Positions 9,104-19,780 of a stretch of DNA of 64,000 nt are shown here, piece by piece. Each line of letters starts with the position of its first letter. The first letter of the stretch is position 1. The notes under the pieces are model-generated. The model saw only the letters and a program-made list of their open reading frames with translations, did not search any database and was not told the origin of the DNA. The DNA is taken from NCBI GenBank assembly GCA_963662285.2, contig CAXXMV010000002.1, positions 544,001-608,000 on the forward strand. Reading direction: 5' to 3'. This stretch comes from a bacterium (GTDB lineage Bacteria > Hinthialibacterota > Hinthialibacteria > Hinthialibacterales > Hinthialibacteraceae). A program made the translations under genes and the position numbers.

Positions 9104-11974
9104 CTATTCATATAGTGAGATGACATCTAACCATTCTAATTTTCTTGATTCCCAACCAGGTATTTTATAACCAGCGTCTGTTTGAATAATAGATGTCGTT
9201 TTGGTTAAAGATTTATTATTATCAAAATGTAGATCAAAGACTTTAACATAGGCTAATGGGTTTTTTGTATTTTCGACGATGCCTACACACACTTCCTGTG
9301 CGGGATCAAGGTCGAAATTACCACAGAACAGCCGTATGGAATGAAGGGGGGGCTTTTGGGGATTATGTTCACTTAAACTAATACTGCATAGAAGCGATGG
9401 TTCAGTCATAACCGGGGAATCATTATTGAATTTCCATATATATATAATGTCAGGGATAGCATCTGTATTATCAGCAGGATTCATGGCAGCAGTCAGTAGT
9501 TCGGGGATTCCATCTCCATCAATATCGCCGGTAGTTTGAATTACTCCACTCACATGGTTTATCTCAGATTTACTAAAGGCAGGAAACATAAGAGGCGAAT
9601 TTTGAATATCATGTAATCCATTTTCGGCGATTTCATTAAAAGCAACGATTTGCATGGTTATATTATTGGCGCTATTGGTTGGACCCAGTACTAATTCGTC
9701 TATTCCATCACCATTGAAATCCCCGGAACTCAAAGTTACTCCGCCGCCCTTGTTATCTTTTCTCTTGGCTTCATCGAAAGCGATAAATTGACTAACAACC
9801 CTAAATCCATGCGGCGGTTCTTTCCCGGTATATTCGAATAGCCGAATTATCTGGTTCCCTCCTCTACCCTGGGCGCAGGCTATCTGGCTGGAATCACGAC
9901 CGGGAATAAAGCGGCCTACAGCTGTAAAAACTTCACCTGAGGTATTCCGGATAGGCCGTTTGTCGTAGCGGGGGAAAGGCGAAAAGGGATGCCCGACCAT
10001 AGATTTCATGGAATTATTCCATGCTATTACTAATCCCGGATGACTAGGTTTTAAGGAATCCGTCGGACCTAATGTGAAAACCAGATCATCTTGGTCATCT
10101 CCATCGACGTCGCCCTTGGATAGATGCAGCCCACGACGTGGATCAATGCTTCCATCCTTTTGCAACCCTTCCGGAACGGCGATATGAATATCTCCCGGAT
10201 AATCTAACGCCTTTTTGAGTTGAATCCTTTCTATAAAGCCATCACCGCCGCTCCCTTGGGCAATAACAATATCTTCGATTGGTTTTGACGCCGGGATTAA
10301 TTTGCCTTGGTCATAGGATAGTAGAAGAACCGGCCATGGGATTGGTGATATTTCTATCCTGGCTTTGCGTAACGGAAAATCCGTTGGATCATTAAGTAAC
10401 TGTATGCCTGGATGCGCTGTTGGAAAGGGAAATCTGAACAATCCTCCCTCAACGCTATGCTCTATTATGTTGCCATCCCAAATAGTTTTGGTTCGGCTGT
10501 ACTCTAATGGTGGATTCACGTCTAAATGCAGAATCGGCGTCATCAAGCGAAAGCGTTTTCCCTGGGCTATTTTTTTGTTATTGAAATATCTTTCAAAACC
10601 TGTGTTGATAATATATTTTCCCTCATATAGGTTTGGAATTGAGATTATGCAGAAACTCTCATCCAAGGGACGTTCCTGATCGAGTTTTTCGATCTGTTCA
10701 ATGATCGATCTCGATTCGGCGCCTGCTATACGCCATTGTGAAACGTATTTCCAATTCAGTGGGATCGCGGCGGCCAACCATACCGCCAATATTCCCCATA
10801 TTGCGTAGGATATAAATTTATGAATCCTTGCAGCACGATAAAGAACATCCGCCATAATCAGCGCAACGCCTATTGATGGAATATAGATATACCGCTCAGA
10901 TAGGGTGGTGTACATTTCGGTTAGTTGAGTTAAAACAGGAACGGCGCTTATAAACCAGATGCTTAATCCCAAACTCCACAAAAGCCGACCTTTATATATG
11001 GAAAATAGCAATCCCACAGATGCCAACGCAATAAATGACCAGCCGTACATACCCGGAGAGAGAATAAATCGTTCTGCCAGACGATGAAATATGGATTCGA
11101 ATGGTAAAACCAGAACAGTGGAAAGTTTGCAAATCGATAAAAGATATATTTTGGTTGTTGTAAACGGAGTTATATACGATGATTTCCCAAATATATATCC
11201 ACTTAACGCCCATGTCCGTAAAATTCCGAAAATGATAATAAATAGCGCCCAATGGAATCCGGCGGCTTTGAGGTAAGAATAGATGCGGGGCCTTTTGGAA
11301 CTGGTTAAACGCTCGCGGCGATACCGGGTGATTTCGTAAATTATTAATATTACCGGTAGAGAGATTGCCATCTCTTTTGATAAAAGAGCCAGCGCGAATG
11401 AAACCAAAGATCCGATTAACGCTAAACGGTTTCCATTCCGTCTCCAGGCTACATAGGTTGCCAGCGAGCCTAAATAGAAGAGTGCGCAAAGGCTGTCAGT
11501 GCGACCATTGATCATACAGACCGATTCTGTGTGCCGTGGATGCATGGCGAATATGAATCCAGCAGCCCATATAAGACAAAAACTCTTTTTTATTCCTGAT
11601 TCGGATAACAATAATCCTGTAAGTACTACGATAAGGAGAGAATTAACGATATGAATGATCAGTAAATCAAGATGATAACCCCATGCGTTGTCTCCCCATA
11701 AAACATATTGTTCGATATAAGTCATCAGGATTTGCATGGGGCGGTAAAAACGAGCGCCGATAAATGCCGGATCACGCCAGAACCAATCGCTGGTGAATGA
11801 TTCTGTAACTTTTGAGAATGTGTCGCTGGCGTCGAGGAAGTAATAATCATCCCCTATAAAACCTACGCACAACGAGCCAGTGAATAGGAAGAAAACCATG
11901 CCGGTCAGCATGATTGAAGCGAGAAAATGAAATCCCCAAATTTTTATAAAGGAGTCGCCAGTATTATTATTCAT
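9104..11974 (-). CDS. GT-C (TMTC/ArnT-like) multi-pass membrane glycosyltransferase fused to C-terminal FG-GAP repeats
   Basis: GDDY, FYRP, HPRHTESV, LSKEMA and ERYIYIPS motifs with many TM segments; C-terminal GDVDGDDQDDL, GDFNGDGIDEL and GDIDGDGIPEL. Confidence 0.75.
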   Translation of the reverse strand: MNNNTGDSFIKIWGFHFLASIMLTGMVFFLFTGSLCVGFIGDDYYFLDASDTFSKVTESFTSDWFWRDPAFIGARFYRPMQILMTYIEQYVLWGDNAWGYHLDLLIIHIVNSLLIVVLTGLLLSESGIKKSFCLIWAAGFIFAMHPRHTESVCMINGRTDSLCALFYLGSLATYVAWRRNGNRLALIGSLVSFALALLSKEMAISLPVILIIYEITRYRRERLTSSKRPRIYSYLKAAGFHWALFIIIFGILRTWALSGYIFGKSSYITPFTTTKIYLLSICKLSTVLVLPFESIFHRLAERFILSPGMYGWSFIALASVGLLFSIYKGRLLWSLGLSIWFISAVPVLTQLTEMYTTLSERYIYIPSIGVALIMADVLYRAARIHKFISYAIWGILAVWLAAAIPLNWKYVSQWRIAGAESRSIIEQIEKLDQERPLDESFCIISIPNLYEGKYIINTGFERYFNNKKIAQGKRFRLMTPILHLDVNPPLEYSRTKTIWDGNIIEHSVEGGLFRFPFPTAHPGIQLLNDPTDFPLRKARIEISPIPWPVLLLSYDQGKLIPASKPIEDIVIAQGSGGDGFIERIQLKKALDYPGDIHIAVPEGLQKDGSIDPRRGLHLSKGDVDGDDQDDLVFTLGPTDSLKPSHPGLVIAWNNSMKSMVGHPFSPFPRYDKRPIRNTSGEVFTAVGRFIPGRDSSQIACAQGRGGNQIIRLFEYTGKEPPHGFRVVSQFIAFDEAKRKDNKGGGVTLSSGDFNGDGIDELVLGPTNSANNITMQIVAFNEIAENGLHDIQNSPLMFPAFSKSEINHVSGVIQTTGDIDGDGIPELLTAAMNPADNTDAIPDIIYIWKFNNDSPVMTEPSLLCSISLSEHNPQKPPLHSIRLFCGNFDLDPAQEVCVGIVENTKNPLAYVKVFDLHFDNNKSLTKTTSIIQTDAGYKIPGWESRKLEWLDVISLYE

Positions 11975-12128
11975 GGATTATTATGGCTGCTGATAATCTT
12001 TTCAGATTATTTACGTCAGAATTATTGCAAATCTGATAATATATTCAGGATAATCTACAATCCGTTTTGGGTTAAGCCTGTCGTAACTGTTTAGCCAAAG
12101 ACAAGTATCCTGGATGGTGGGCAATCTC

Positions 12129-12156
12129 TTGACGGTAGGGAAAAAAGAGATATAAA
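12129..12156 (+). promoter_or_regulatory. Sigma70-type promoter of tRNA-Gln
   Basis: TTGACG-N16-TATAAA just upstream of the tRNA. Confidence 0.6.
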
Positions 12157-12173
12157 TACACGTGCTGCATTAA

Positions 12174-12249
12174 TGGGGCGTGGTCGAATTGGCAAGACGT
12201 CTGACTCTGGATCAGAAGGCTGGAGGTTCGAACCCTCCCGCCCCAGCCA
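12174..12249 (+). tRNA. tRNA-Gln(CTG)
   Basis: Acceptor stem tggggcg/cgcccca; anticodon arm tctga-ctCTGga-tcaga; T-loop GGTTCGAA; encoded CCA. Confidence 0.95.
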
Positions 12250-12539
12250 CTTAAAACACAAGACTTACGGAATCCTCTATCTTTATCCTTCAACATCTGC
12301 ATCAATACCGTAAATCGAAAAACATTGTTTTAGCGCTTTATATGTATGACTGTTCGGTCATAGCAAAGGTAATTGTTCGTATTTACGGGGCAGTTGGTTA
12401 ACTATAGAGAATTTAATCGAGGTGAATAAATTATATTATTATCTTAAAACGGCGGTTATATTATTGTTTTGATTGGTTTCGGGGATTGCCGCATCCCGTC
12501 TTGAAGATAGGTCAAAGGGTACTTGGTTCGCTTTGTATG

Positions 12540-14075
12540 TTACTGCTTCTTGCCAAACAGGAACAAGACTCCGGTTAACACGGCTATAGCGGCAGCCGTT
12601 AGTAATAGGACATGCATTCCCTGATAGGGGATCAGGAACAAACAAACCAAAGAAACTACGCCGACCAGTATTGCATAAGGCAGTTGGGTGTTGACGTGCG
12701 CGGTGACTTCGCAGCCGCTGGCGCCCGATGAAAGAATTGTGGTATCCGATAATGGCGAACAATGGTCGCCGAAGATCGATCCGCCTAAGACGCTTCCAAC
12801 TACTCCACTAATAATTTCCGGGCTATCCAATCCGATTGTCAACGCAATCGGCAATGCAATCGGCATAAGGATAGACATTGTGCCATAACTGGTTCCAGTC
12901 GAGAAACTGATCAAGGCGGCGAAAATGAATGTCAGCAATGGAAGATAGGCTGGATTAAAATCTTGTCCCAACAATGAAGCCACATACGCTCCAGTATCCA
13001 ATTTCGAGCATACGCCGCCTATGCTCCACGCCAGGGTTAAAATCACGCAGACGATGAACATCCCCTTACAGCCTTCAAACCAATTTTTATTGACTTCGCT
13101 GAAACTCTCGCACAAAGGTCCTAAGTGAATCACCCATGATGAAACATTAGCGATCAAAGTCGCCCACAGCAGGCATCGAAATGGATCGGCATTTGAAAAC
13201 AACGATATTAATGTTTGCAGAGGTTGCTTAACATCGACGACTGCTCCATTGGAGTATCCATGAGATATTAGTAATACGATGGCTGAACTTAGAAAAATCA
13301 ACAACGGAAGCAAAACGAGATAAGACCAACCATCCACCAAAGGCATCTCTTCAGAATCAAGATTGTGATCTACATCACTTCCAACCATATTTTGCTCCGC
13401 CTTCCGCATCGGACCAAAATCACGTCCCGTCCAGGCGACCAGGAAGCAAAAGACCAAGGCCAAAACAGGATAAAAGCGGTAGGGGATCGAAGCGATGAAC
13501 AATCCATAACCAGTGTATTCCGTAACCCCTTGGGCAGCCAGAGAATCGTTGATAAGCGATATCTCGATGCCGATCCAGGTTGAAACCAATGCCAGTGAGG
13601 CGATCGGCGCGGATGTCGTATCGACGATATAGGCTAATTTCTCCCGGGATATTTTTAAGCGGTCGCAAATCCCACGATACGCATTGCCGATTATTAAACA
13701 GTTGGCGTAATCGTCTATAAAAATCAGGATACCGGAAAACCATATAGTGAGCATTGTTTTGCTGCGGCTATGCAGCCGGGCGGCGAGATGAGCTATAAGC
13801 GATTTTGCGGTTATGCTCCCGCTTAATATTCCCGTTACTCCGCCGGTTAAGACCGTAAAGATCAGTACTATCGCATTATCGGTCTTGGTAAAATTGTCCA
13901 GAATAATTTCATCAAACGCCCGGAAGAACGCATTCGTAATCGAAAAATCGTAAATCAGAAATGCGCCGACAATGACGCCTAATAAAAGAGATACGATTGC
14001 CTCGCGTAAAATAATACACAATACAATGGCCACCAGCGGCGGAATAATAGAGAGAAACGTGCCTTCAACAATCAT
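12540..14075 (-). CDS. Na+/H+ antiporter NhaC-family transporter
   Basis: FIDDYAN, SREKLAYIVDTTSAP, FSTGTSYGTM and FGDHCSPLSDTTILSS motifs; multi-TM. Confidence 0.88.
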   Translation of the reverse strand: MIVEGTFLSIIPPLVAIVLCIILREAIVSLLLGVIVGAFLIYDFSITNAFFRAFDEIILDNFTKTDNAIVLIFTVLTGGVTGILSGSITAKSLIAHLAARLHSRSKTMLTIWFSGILIFIDDYANCLIIGNAYRGICDRLKISREKLAYIVDTTSAPIASLALVSTWIGIEISLINDSLAAQGVTEYTGYGLFIASIPYRFYPVLALVFCFLVAWTGRDFGPMRKAEQNMVGSDVDHNLDSEEMPLVDGWSYLVLLPLLIFLSSAIVLLISHGYSNGAVVDVKQPLQTLISLFSNADPFRCLLWATLIANVSSWVIHLGPLCESFSEVNKNWFEGCKGMFIVCVILTLAWSIGGVCSKLDTGAYVASLLGQDFNPAYLPLLTFIFAALISFSTGTSYGTMSILMPIALPIALTIGLDSPEIISGVVGSVLGGSIFGDHCSPLSDTTILSSGASGCEVTAHVNTQLPYAILVGVVSLVCLFLIPYQGMHVLLLTAAAIAVLTGVLFLFGKKQ

Positions 14076-14088
14076 GATATTTTTTAGT

Positions 14089-14126
14089 TTTATCAGAATT
14101 TAATTGATTTATCAGAATCTAATTGA
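14089..14126. repeat. 19-bp tandem direct repeat in the intergenic spacer
   Basis: tttatcagaatttaattga / tttatcagaatctaattga (1 mismatch). Confidence 0.75.
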
Positions 14127-14129
14127 TAA

Positions 14130-15869
14130 TTATTTTTTTACAAACTCAATGATTCCCCAATATGCTGCTTCGAATTTCCATTCATCTGCGGCGTTTTCCA
14201 ATTGAAGCGTGATCTCCTGACCTGCATAAGCGGAAAGATCATAACGCAGGTCATACCATTTTATCTTCCCGTTTTCCACTCCAATAGTCTCTTCTTTCAG
14301 AAGATCGCCATTGACGCGCACCCGTAGTATCCAATCCGCTTCGGGGTCTTGAATGGAATGAGACGCCACAATATGAAGCACCGGTTTTTCTGCTTCAAGG
14401 ATGCCTTTAAAGGTAAGGACGCAAGGCGTTTCCTGATCTTTGGGATGGGTAACGAAAACATCATAGTGGCCTGCATAAGTCTTGCGCAGACCTGGGCTCA
14501 TCTCATCCCCGCAATTCTCCATTACCCAACCTGTTTTCCAGGTAGAAAAGGATTCTTTTACCTGATTACGGAAGCGCGCCTTTCTTTCCGTTTCCATAAC
14601 TGACCAATTATCCTGATATTGGAGGCGCATTTCATCAGTGAATTGTTCAAGTTTTTTGGGAGTTTCTGGCGTCTGAACCGGAATCTGGAAATATTCACGT
14701 TCTCCAAGACGCTTAATATTTCCACCATATTGTTTAATGAGATTGGTTGTTAAAGTTCTACAGGTTTGAATCAAGGTAGTGAAATTATATTGAGTATGCA
14801 GAAAACGGCGATTGCTTATCAATGGTATGCCAACCTTATATTGGTGGGGGATCCTACTGTATCCATTAAGCACGCCGAGAATTCCGGCGGCGGTGGAAAC
14901 ATTGCAATCATTATCCTGACCGCATCGGGTGGTAATTTCCATTGTCTTGGCAAAATCGCCCTCACCATACAATAATCCCAGAACAACATACCCGCCATTC
15001 AATTTGGCGTCGATATTGAAAGGCTTGCCATAACCATCAGGGCAAAGATCCGTCTCTCCCCATTTATCTTGCAACATCTTCCAACATCCCTGCCAATCAG
15101 TGGGATTAGCGCCGAAATAATTCAATACATCTCTTATCACCTGAGCATATTGGCTTTGTTTCGGGATGCATTTTAATCCTTGTTCGATCACTCCAACTCG
15201 GGTGTTCTCAAAATAGGCTGTGGAATACATTGCTGCGACGAAAAGACCGCCATAAAGACCATCGCCATAGTTCATCATCCGTCCAAATGGTTCCGCCATT
15301 TTTACTGCGCTGCGCGGCATTCCGGGACATAATATGCCAAATACATCCGCTTCAATCTGAAAATCAATGTCATTGGCATGGGGATTATAACGCGGGTGTC
15401 CCGAATCGGGGGGAAAAATCCCAGCGCGGATATTTTGACGACCTATGTCATTGGCATGCCATAGCGGATATTCGGTTTTGGCAAAATAATCCGCTGCTTC
15501 ACGGCCTGAAATCTGAAAACCTTTCTCATCAATTACCTGCAGGAAGGTCATTTGCACATATAAATCATCCTGCTCAAGCGAATTCATTACAAACTCTGGA
15601 GACCATTCCCGGATCAGTCCTTCGTCCATCATCTGGCCCAGGTATTTGAACTCATAGGGGGCGCTGTAACTAACGCCTATCATTTTGCCCGCCCAAGCGC
15701 CCATCAGTTTGTCTTCATACTCAAAAAAAGAAAGGCGACTTGTTTCCAGACTTTTGGGAGTATCATCTCCGATCCAGCCCGCGATCTTGTCTTTGACCTG
15801 TTTTACTCCACAAGATGAAAGTAATAAAAAAATCATTAAAACAAACGGAATGACCGCTTTAATTCGCAT
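14130..15869 (-). CDS. ADP-ribosylglycohydrolase-family lipoprotein with a C-terminal beta-sandwich domain
   Basis: Lipobox LLSSC; GAWAGKMIG, QDDLY, DIDFQIEAD and GQDNDCN motifs; RBS AAGGAG before ATG at 15869. Confidence 0.8.
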   Translation of the reverse strand: MRIKAVIPFVLMIFLLLSSCGVKQVKDKIAGWIGDDTPKSLETSRLSFFEYEDKLMGAWAGKMIGVSYSAPYEFKYLGQMMDEGLIREWSPEFVMNSLEQDDLYVQMTFLQVIDEKGFQISGREAADYFAKTEYPLWHANDIGRQNIRAGIFPPDSGHPRYNPHANDIDFQIEADVFGILCPGMPRSAVKMAEPFGRMMNYGDGLYGGLFVAAMYSTAYFENTRVGVIEQGLKCIPKQSQYAQVIRDVLNYFGANPTDWQGCWKMLQDKWGETDLCPDGYGKPFNIDAKLNGGYVVLGLLYGEGDFAKTMEITTRCGQDNDCNVSTAAGILGVLNGYSRIPHQYKVGIPLISNRRFLHTQYNFTTLIQTCRTLTTNLIKQYGGNIKRLGEREYFQIPVQTPETPKKLEQFTDEMRLQYQDNWSVMETERKARFRNQVKESFSTWKTGWVMENCGDEMSPGLRKTYAGHYDVFVTHPKDQETPCVLTFKGILEAEKPVLHIVASHSIQDPEADWILRVRVNGDLLKEETIGVENGKIKWYDLRYDLSAYAGQEITLQLENAADEWKFEAAYWGIIEFVKK

Positions 15870-16318
15870 AATTAGACTCCTTAATCCGAACTCTCTGATG
15901 TACAGGGCTATATGGAACAACCCGGTAAATTTAATTTTATCTTACACTTATACCACATTATTTAATGCAAATTAACCTACAAAAATCAATCCTGTCAACT
16001 CATAAGTCATATCAACTTCATAGACAAGAGTATCGAGATTATGCTGGATGCGATAGGGTTGATAAAGGTCTGGAGTGGTTGACGGGAATTTATTCGCATT
16101 AAACGTATCTAAAGTGATTCGCTCAACTCTACGTGCGCCTTAAAGGTCGTAAAGTCCTCCAAAGATGGGATTTTATATAGATTCAGCGTTTTCAATATGC
16201 ATAAAATTTTGTTAACCGTGATATCCGCCTTCTCAGAAGGCGCCTCTTGCCCTTACAATATGGCACTTGAAATATCTGGCTTTGGGATAACTTTGATCGG
16301 ATGTGGAGGAAACTATCG

Positions 16319-18163
16319 ATGATTCTGAAGAAATTAGTACTGTTTTGTTTAATTGGAGCAACCATTGGACTGCCGGCCTTCGGCCAGGCAACAGATACAG
16401 CAAAAGATACTGTGGTAAATGCGACGAGCTCTTTTGACGCCCCCTTGGTAAAATACGGGGACATGGAATTAAATCTGGGGTATTTTTTCGCCTATTGCCG
16501 CGTGTCAAATGATAAACTGAGAATGCTTCCCAAACTTGAAGCGGAAGACAAGGCGAAAACCCTCGACCAAGCCCTGAATGAAGTACTTTTTGAGCACCTG
16601 GTCATGAAAGAAGCCGAAAAAGGCGGTTTCATGGACGAAGTCGAATATTTCACCCATCATCGCGATATGAATAACGATTGGCTCACAAAGTTATATGATT
16701 ATCATAACTTTTATAAAGATTACACGCCCAATGAAGAAATACTGAAAAAAATCTATGAATCAAAGAAGGAAGATTACTTTCAGAAGCAGCAATACTCTTT
16801 CCGTCATATCTTTTGCCAAACCATTGATAAATCAGATTCTGAACAGAAAGAGGCCAAAGAACAAATCGAAAAAGCAATGGCTTTGATTAAATCTGGCTCG
16901 GATTTCGTGAAAGTCGCCGAGATTTATTCTCAGTCCGCCAAAAAGGGAACTCTGGTCGGGCCAATTACTCCTGCAAAATATAATCCCGAAAAACCGCTTA
17001 ATCCGATTCTGGAAAACAAAATGCTTTCCATGAAGCAAGGCGACATCAGTGATATTATCAAAACCAAGTACGGTTATGAAATCATCAAAATGGAATCGAT
17101 GACTCCCGAAGGATATAAAACGCTTGATGCAGTCAAAAAAACCTTGGTCACCGAAGCTCGCAACATTGAATACGAACAGATGCAAAAGGACCTTATCGCC
17201 CAATATTGGGATCAAGCAATAACCAATTACAACCAGGAAGCCATTTTCAAGGCTGACGCCGATCCTAAAGACGTGATCTTCGAAGCCTTCGGCGAAAAAT
17301 TCACCATAGAAAATTACCAGTGGCTCAAAGGGCGCAACGCCGAAAAAACTCCTGAAGAGACTGAAGAAGCTTTTCGCGAGCGTCGCATCGATTTTCTGAA
17401 ATACAACCTGATTTATCGATATATTGTCGGTAAAATCGCCCGCGATGCGCGATATGACGAGATTCCCTATTTCAAAGTATGGACCAAGGCCTTACGCACT
17501 AATCGTATGTTCCAGGCATGGTATTTCCGCTTATACACAGAATACATGGATAACCACCCTGCAAACGATGAAGAAAAACTGGCTTTCTACGAGGCCAATA
17601 AAACAAGGTTCAAGGATAGTCCATCAGCTCACGTTGGCGAGATGATGTTCAAAATGCCGCCGCATGACAAGAATGTTCTTTACGAAGTCAATGTAGCCCA
17701 GAAAGCCGCTGAAGCAAAAGCTCAAAAAGCCTTGGATAGACTCAATAATGGCGAAGATTTCGCTACGGTAGCCAAGGAACTTTCAGAAAGCGACAGCGCT
17801 GCCAATGGCGGCGACATTGGATTCATTTCCGCAGAGACCGATAAACTGCCCCGGACGGTAGCTACCCAGGCCATTCGATTGGCTGATGGGAAAATAAGCC
17901 AAAAGCCTATTACCAGCGAAGATAAGTACTATATCGTAATCTGTTATGAGAAAGCAGAAGACAAATATCTTCCCTACGATAATCCAAAAGTTACTGCGAG
18001 CGTCGAAAAAGGTTTATTAGGGAAAAAGAAACAAGATTTCAAAACGGAAATCATGGCCAAACTGTTAGATCAAGACAAAATTGAAATGCTCTATCCGGAT
18101 TTCCACACTTTCAATCCTATGCTAATACAAAGACCCAGTCTTGATATTCCTGAGAAGAAATAA
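16319..18163 (+). CDS. Exported parvulin-type peptidylprolyl isomerase (SurA/PrsA/PpiD-like, two PPIase domains)
   Basis: Signal peptide; FRHIF..DFVKVAEIYS..IKTKYGYEII and GEDFATVAKELSESDSAANGGDIG; RBS GGAGGA. Confidence 0.85.
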   Translation: MILKKLVLFCLIGATIGLPAFGQATDTAKDTVVNATSSFDAPLVKYGDMELNLGYFFAYCRVSNDKLRMLPKLEAEDKAKTLDQALNEVLFEHLVMKEAEKGGFMDEVEYFTHHRDMNNDWLTKLYDYHNFYKDYTPNEEILKKIYESKKEDYFQKQQYSFRHIFCQTIDKSDSEQKEAKEQIEKAMALIKSGSDFVKVAEIYSQSAKKGTLVGPITPAKYNPEKPLNPILENKMLSMKQGDISDIIKTKYGYEIIKMESMTPEGYKTLDAVKKTLVTEARNIEYEQMQKDLIAQYWDQAITNYNQEAIFKADADPKDVIFEAFGEKFTIENYQWLKGRNAEKTPEETEEAFRERRIDFLKYNLIYRYIVGKIARDARYDEIPYFKVWTKALRTNRMFQAWYFRLYTEYMDNHPANDEEKLAFYEANKTRFKDSPSAHVGEMMFKMPPHDKNVLYEVNVAQKAAEAKAQKALDRLNNGEDFATVAKELSESDSAANGGDIGFISAETDKLPRTVATQAIRLADGKISQKPITSEDKYYIVICYEKAEDKYLPYDNPKVTASVEKGLLGKKKQDFKTEIMAKLLDQDKIEMLYPDFHTFNPMLIQRPSLDIPEKK

Positions 18164-18188
18164 CCAGTAAAACGATTCTTAAACAACT

Positions 18189-18216
18189 ATCAGGCGCGCC
18201 GAATGGCGCGCCTGAT
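18189..18216. terminator. Hairpin between convergent genes
   Basis: atcaggcgcgcc-gaat-ggcgcgcctgat perfect stem. Confidence 0.75.
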
Positions 18217-18217
18217 C

Positions 18218-19030
18218 TTATTTTAAACCAATAACTTTATTCTTTATCGTATTGAATCCACCGATTATTTCCAAACTGGAAGCGCGTTTGTCGCCAAAGG
18301 ATTGCACCAGCGACTTGACCTGACTAATACGATCAACAGTGTCGGGATGAGATGCAAATAAACTCATGCCAATTGATCCGCCGCCACCCTCGCGGCGCTC
18401 GATTTCCAGCAGTTTCTCAAAGAATGTAACCATGGCGTTAGGATCATATCCGGAACGGTTGAGCAGATAGACGGCAATGGAATCGGCTTCGTTTTCAGCG
18501 CTCCGGCTATAAGCGGAGATGCCGCCATTGGCTAGAAGATTAGCGGCGGCGCTTTGCATCTGTCCCGGTTCTTTGCCCAGAACCATATCAGAAATCATTT
18601 GCATGCCCATAGCGCGTGACATGCTTTTGGTAGGGTGCCGGCTTTCGGCATGTCCCAACTCATGGGCCATGACAGCCGCCAGTTCCGCTTCACTATCAGC
18701 TGCGGCTATCAGCCCGGTATGGACATACAAATGTCCTCCGGGAATGGCAAAAGCGTTAACGCTCTTATCATCAACCACGTTGAACGTATATTCATCACCA
18801 GGCTTCATCGACGCCGCAACCAGTTTATTTCCAATCGCCTGGATATAATTATTTATCTCGCCGTCCTGAAGCACATGGCTTTCTTTTGATATCTGATCGG
18901 ACAGTTGAACTCCCAGTTGTTGTTCCTCGGTCGGCGAAATCAGGTTGAAATCGCCCAGCATATCCATTGTTCTACAACCGGAAACCATACCTATCAACAA
19001 GATGGGGAAAATCAGATTACATTTGCGCAT
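18218..19030 (-). CDS. M48-family zinc metalloprotease lipoprotein (BepA/YfgC-like)
   Basis: Lipobox VSGC; VNAFAIPGG, AHELGH, YSRSAENEAD and SHP motifs. Confidence 0.92.
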   Translation of the reverse strand: MRKCNLIFPILLIGMVSGCRTMDMLGDFNLISPTEEQQLGVQLSDQISKESHVLQDGEINNYIQAIGNKLVAASMKPGDEYTFNVVDDKSVNAFAIPGGHLYVHTGLIAAADSEAELAAVMAHELGHAESRHPTKSMSRAMGMQMISDMVLGKEPGQMQSAAANLLANGGISAYSRSAENEADSIAVYLLNRSGYDPNAMVTFFEKLLEIERREGGGGSIGMSLFASHPDTVDRISQVKSLVQSFGDKRASSLEIIGGFNTIKNKVIGLK

Positions 19031-19119
19031 AGTCGCTACCCTCCTATTTGAGCAATTCTCAATATTATAGTCAGATAACTTTAATCCTCCCCATCTTTTT
19101 CATCCAGTGAAGACGAAAA

Positions 19120-19743
19120 TTACTCTTCATCCGGAGTTAATTTGATAGGCAGTATTATGGCCAGGACGATATAAGCTACCGCGCCCAGTAAATAGAAAAA
19201 TGACGATAGAACAAATAGCACCCGCACAATACTGCTGTCAATATGGAAATACTCAGCGATGCCTCCACAAACGCCGGTAAGCATTTTATCGTATTCCACC
19301 CGGTATAGTTTCTTCTCTAAATAAGGCTGGGATTGCGTTGCATCCTGCTTTTTTTCATATGTTTTTTGATCGCCCGTGGTTTTTTGATCATCGCTGGCTT
19401 TCTCTTCATCCACCGGCTTACTCTTGGGAGTCTCTTCTTCAGAGGCGCCATAGGTGTTCAGGTATCTTTGCACCGAACGGGCAACGCTTTCATCCAGTTT
19501 ATTCCTGGATGTTTGTTTAATAGCATTGATCAACTCACCCGGCATATTGGTTCGCTGAGCCAACAAATTGGCGGCGTTATTCGCCACTTGGAAGCGATCC
19601 CAGTTTTTCTTCAAATCATCCGCCAAAAGATCAACTGCCGGGTCATACACCGGCGGCTCTGGTGCAGGTGAATCAGATGCAGGTGGATCAAAAGGCGGTG
19701 GAGTGGGCGGCTGTCCGTTGAACTGCATATTTTCGGTATTCAT
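19120..19743 (-). CDS. PspC-domain protein
   Basis: C-terminal KKLYRVEYDKMLTGVCGGIAEYFHID..VRVLFV..AYIVLAIILP. Confidence 0.88.
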   Translation of the reverse strand: MNTENMQFNGQPPTPPPFDPPASDSPAPEPPVYDPAVDLLADDLKKNWDRFQVANNAANLLAQRTNMPGELINAIKQTSRNKLDESVARSVQRYLNTYGASEEETPKSKPVDEEKASDDQKTTGDQKTYEKKQDATQSQPYLEKKLYRVEYDKMLTGVCGGIAEYFHIDSSIVRVLFVLSSFFYLLGAVAYIVLAIILPIKLTPDEE

Positions 19744-19780
19744 GATAAACCTCCAGAGGTAAAAAATATTTTTGCGATTA

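Noticed and set aside
12174-12249. tRNA-Gln as an integration site
   Set aside because: No duplicate of its 3' end and no integrase noticed in the window
12072-12305. 77-aa minus-strand ORF
   Set aside because: Antisense shadow of tRNA-Gln and its promoter
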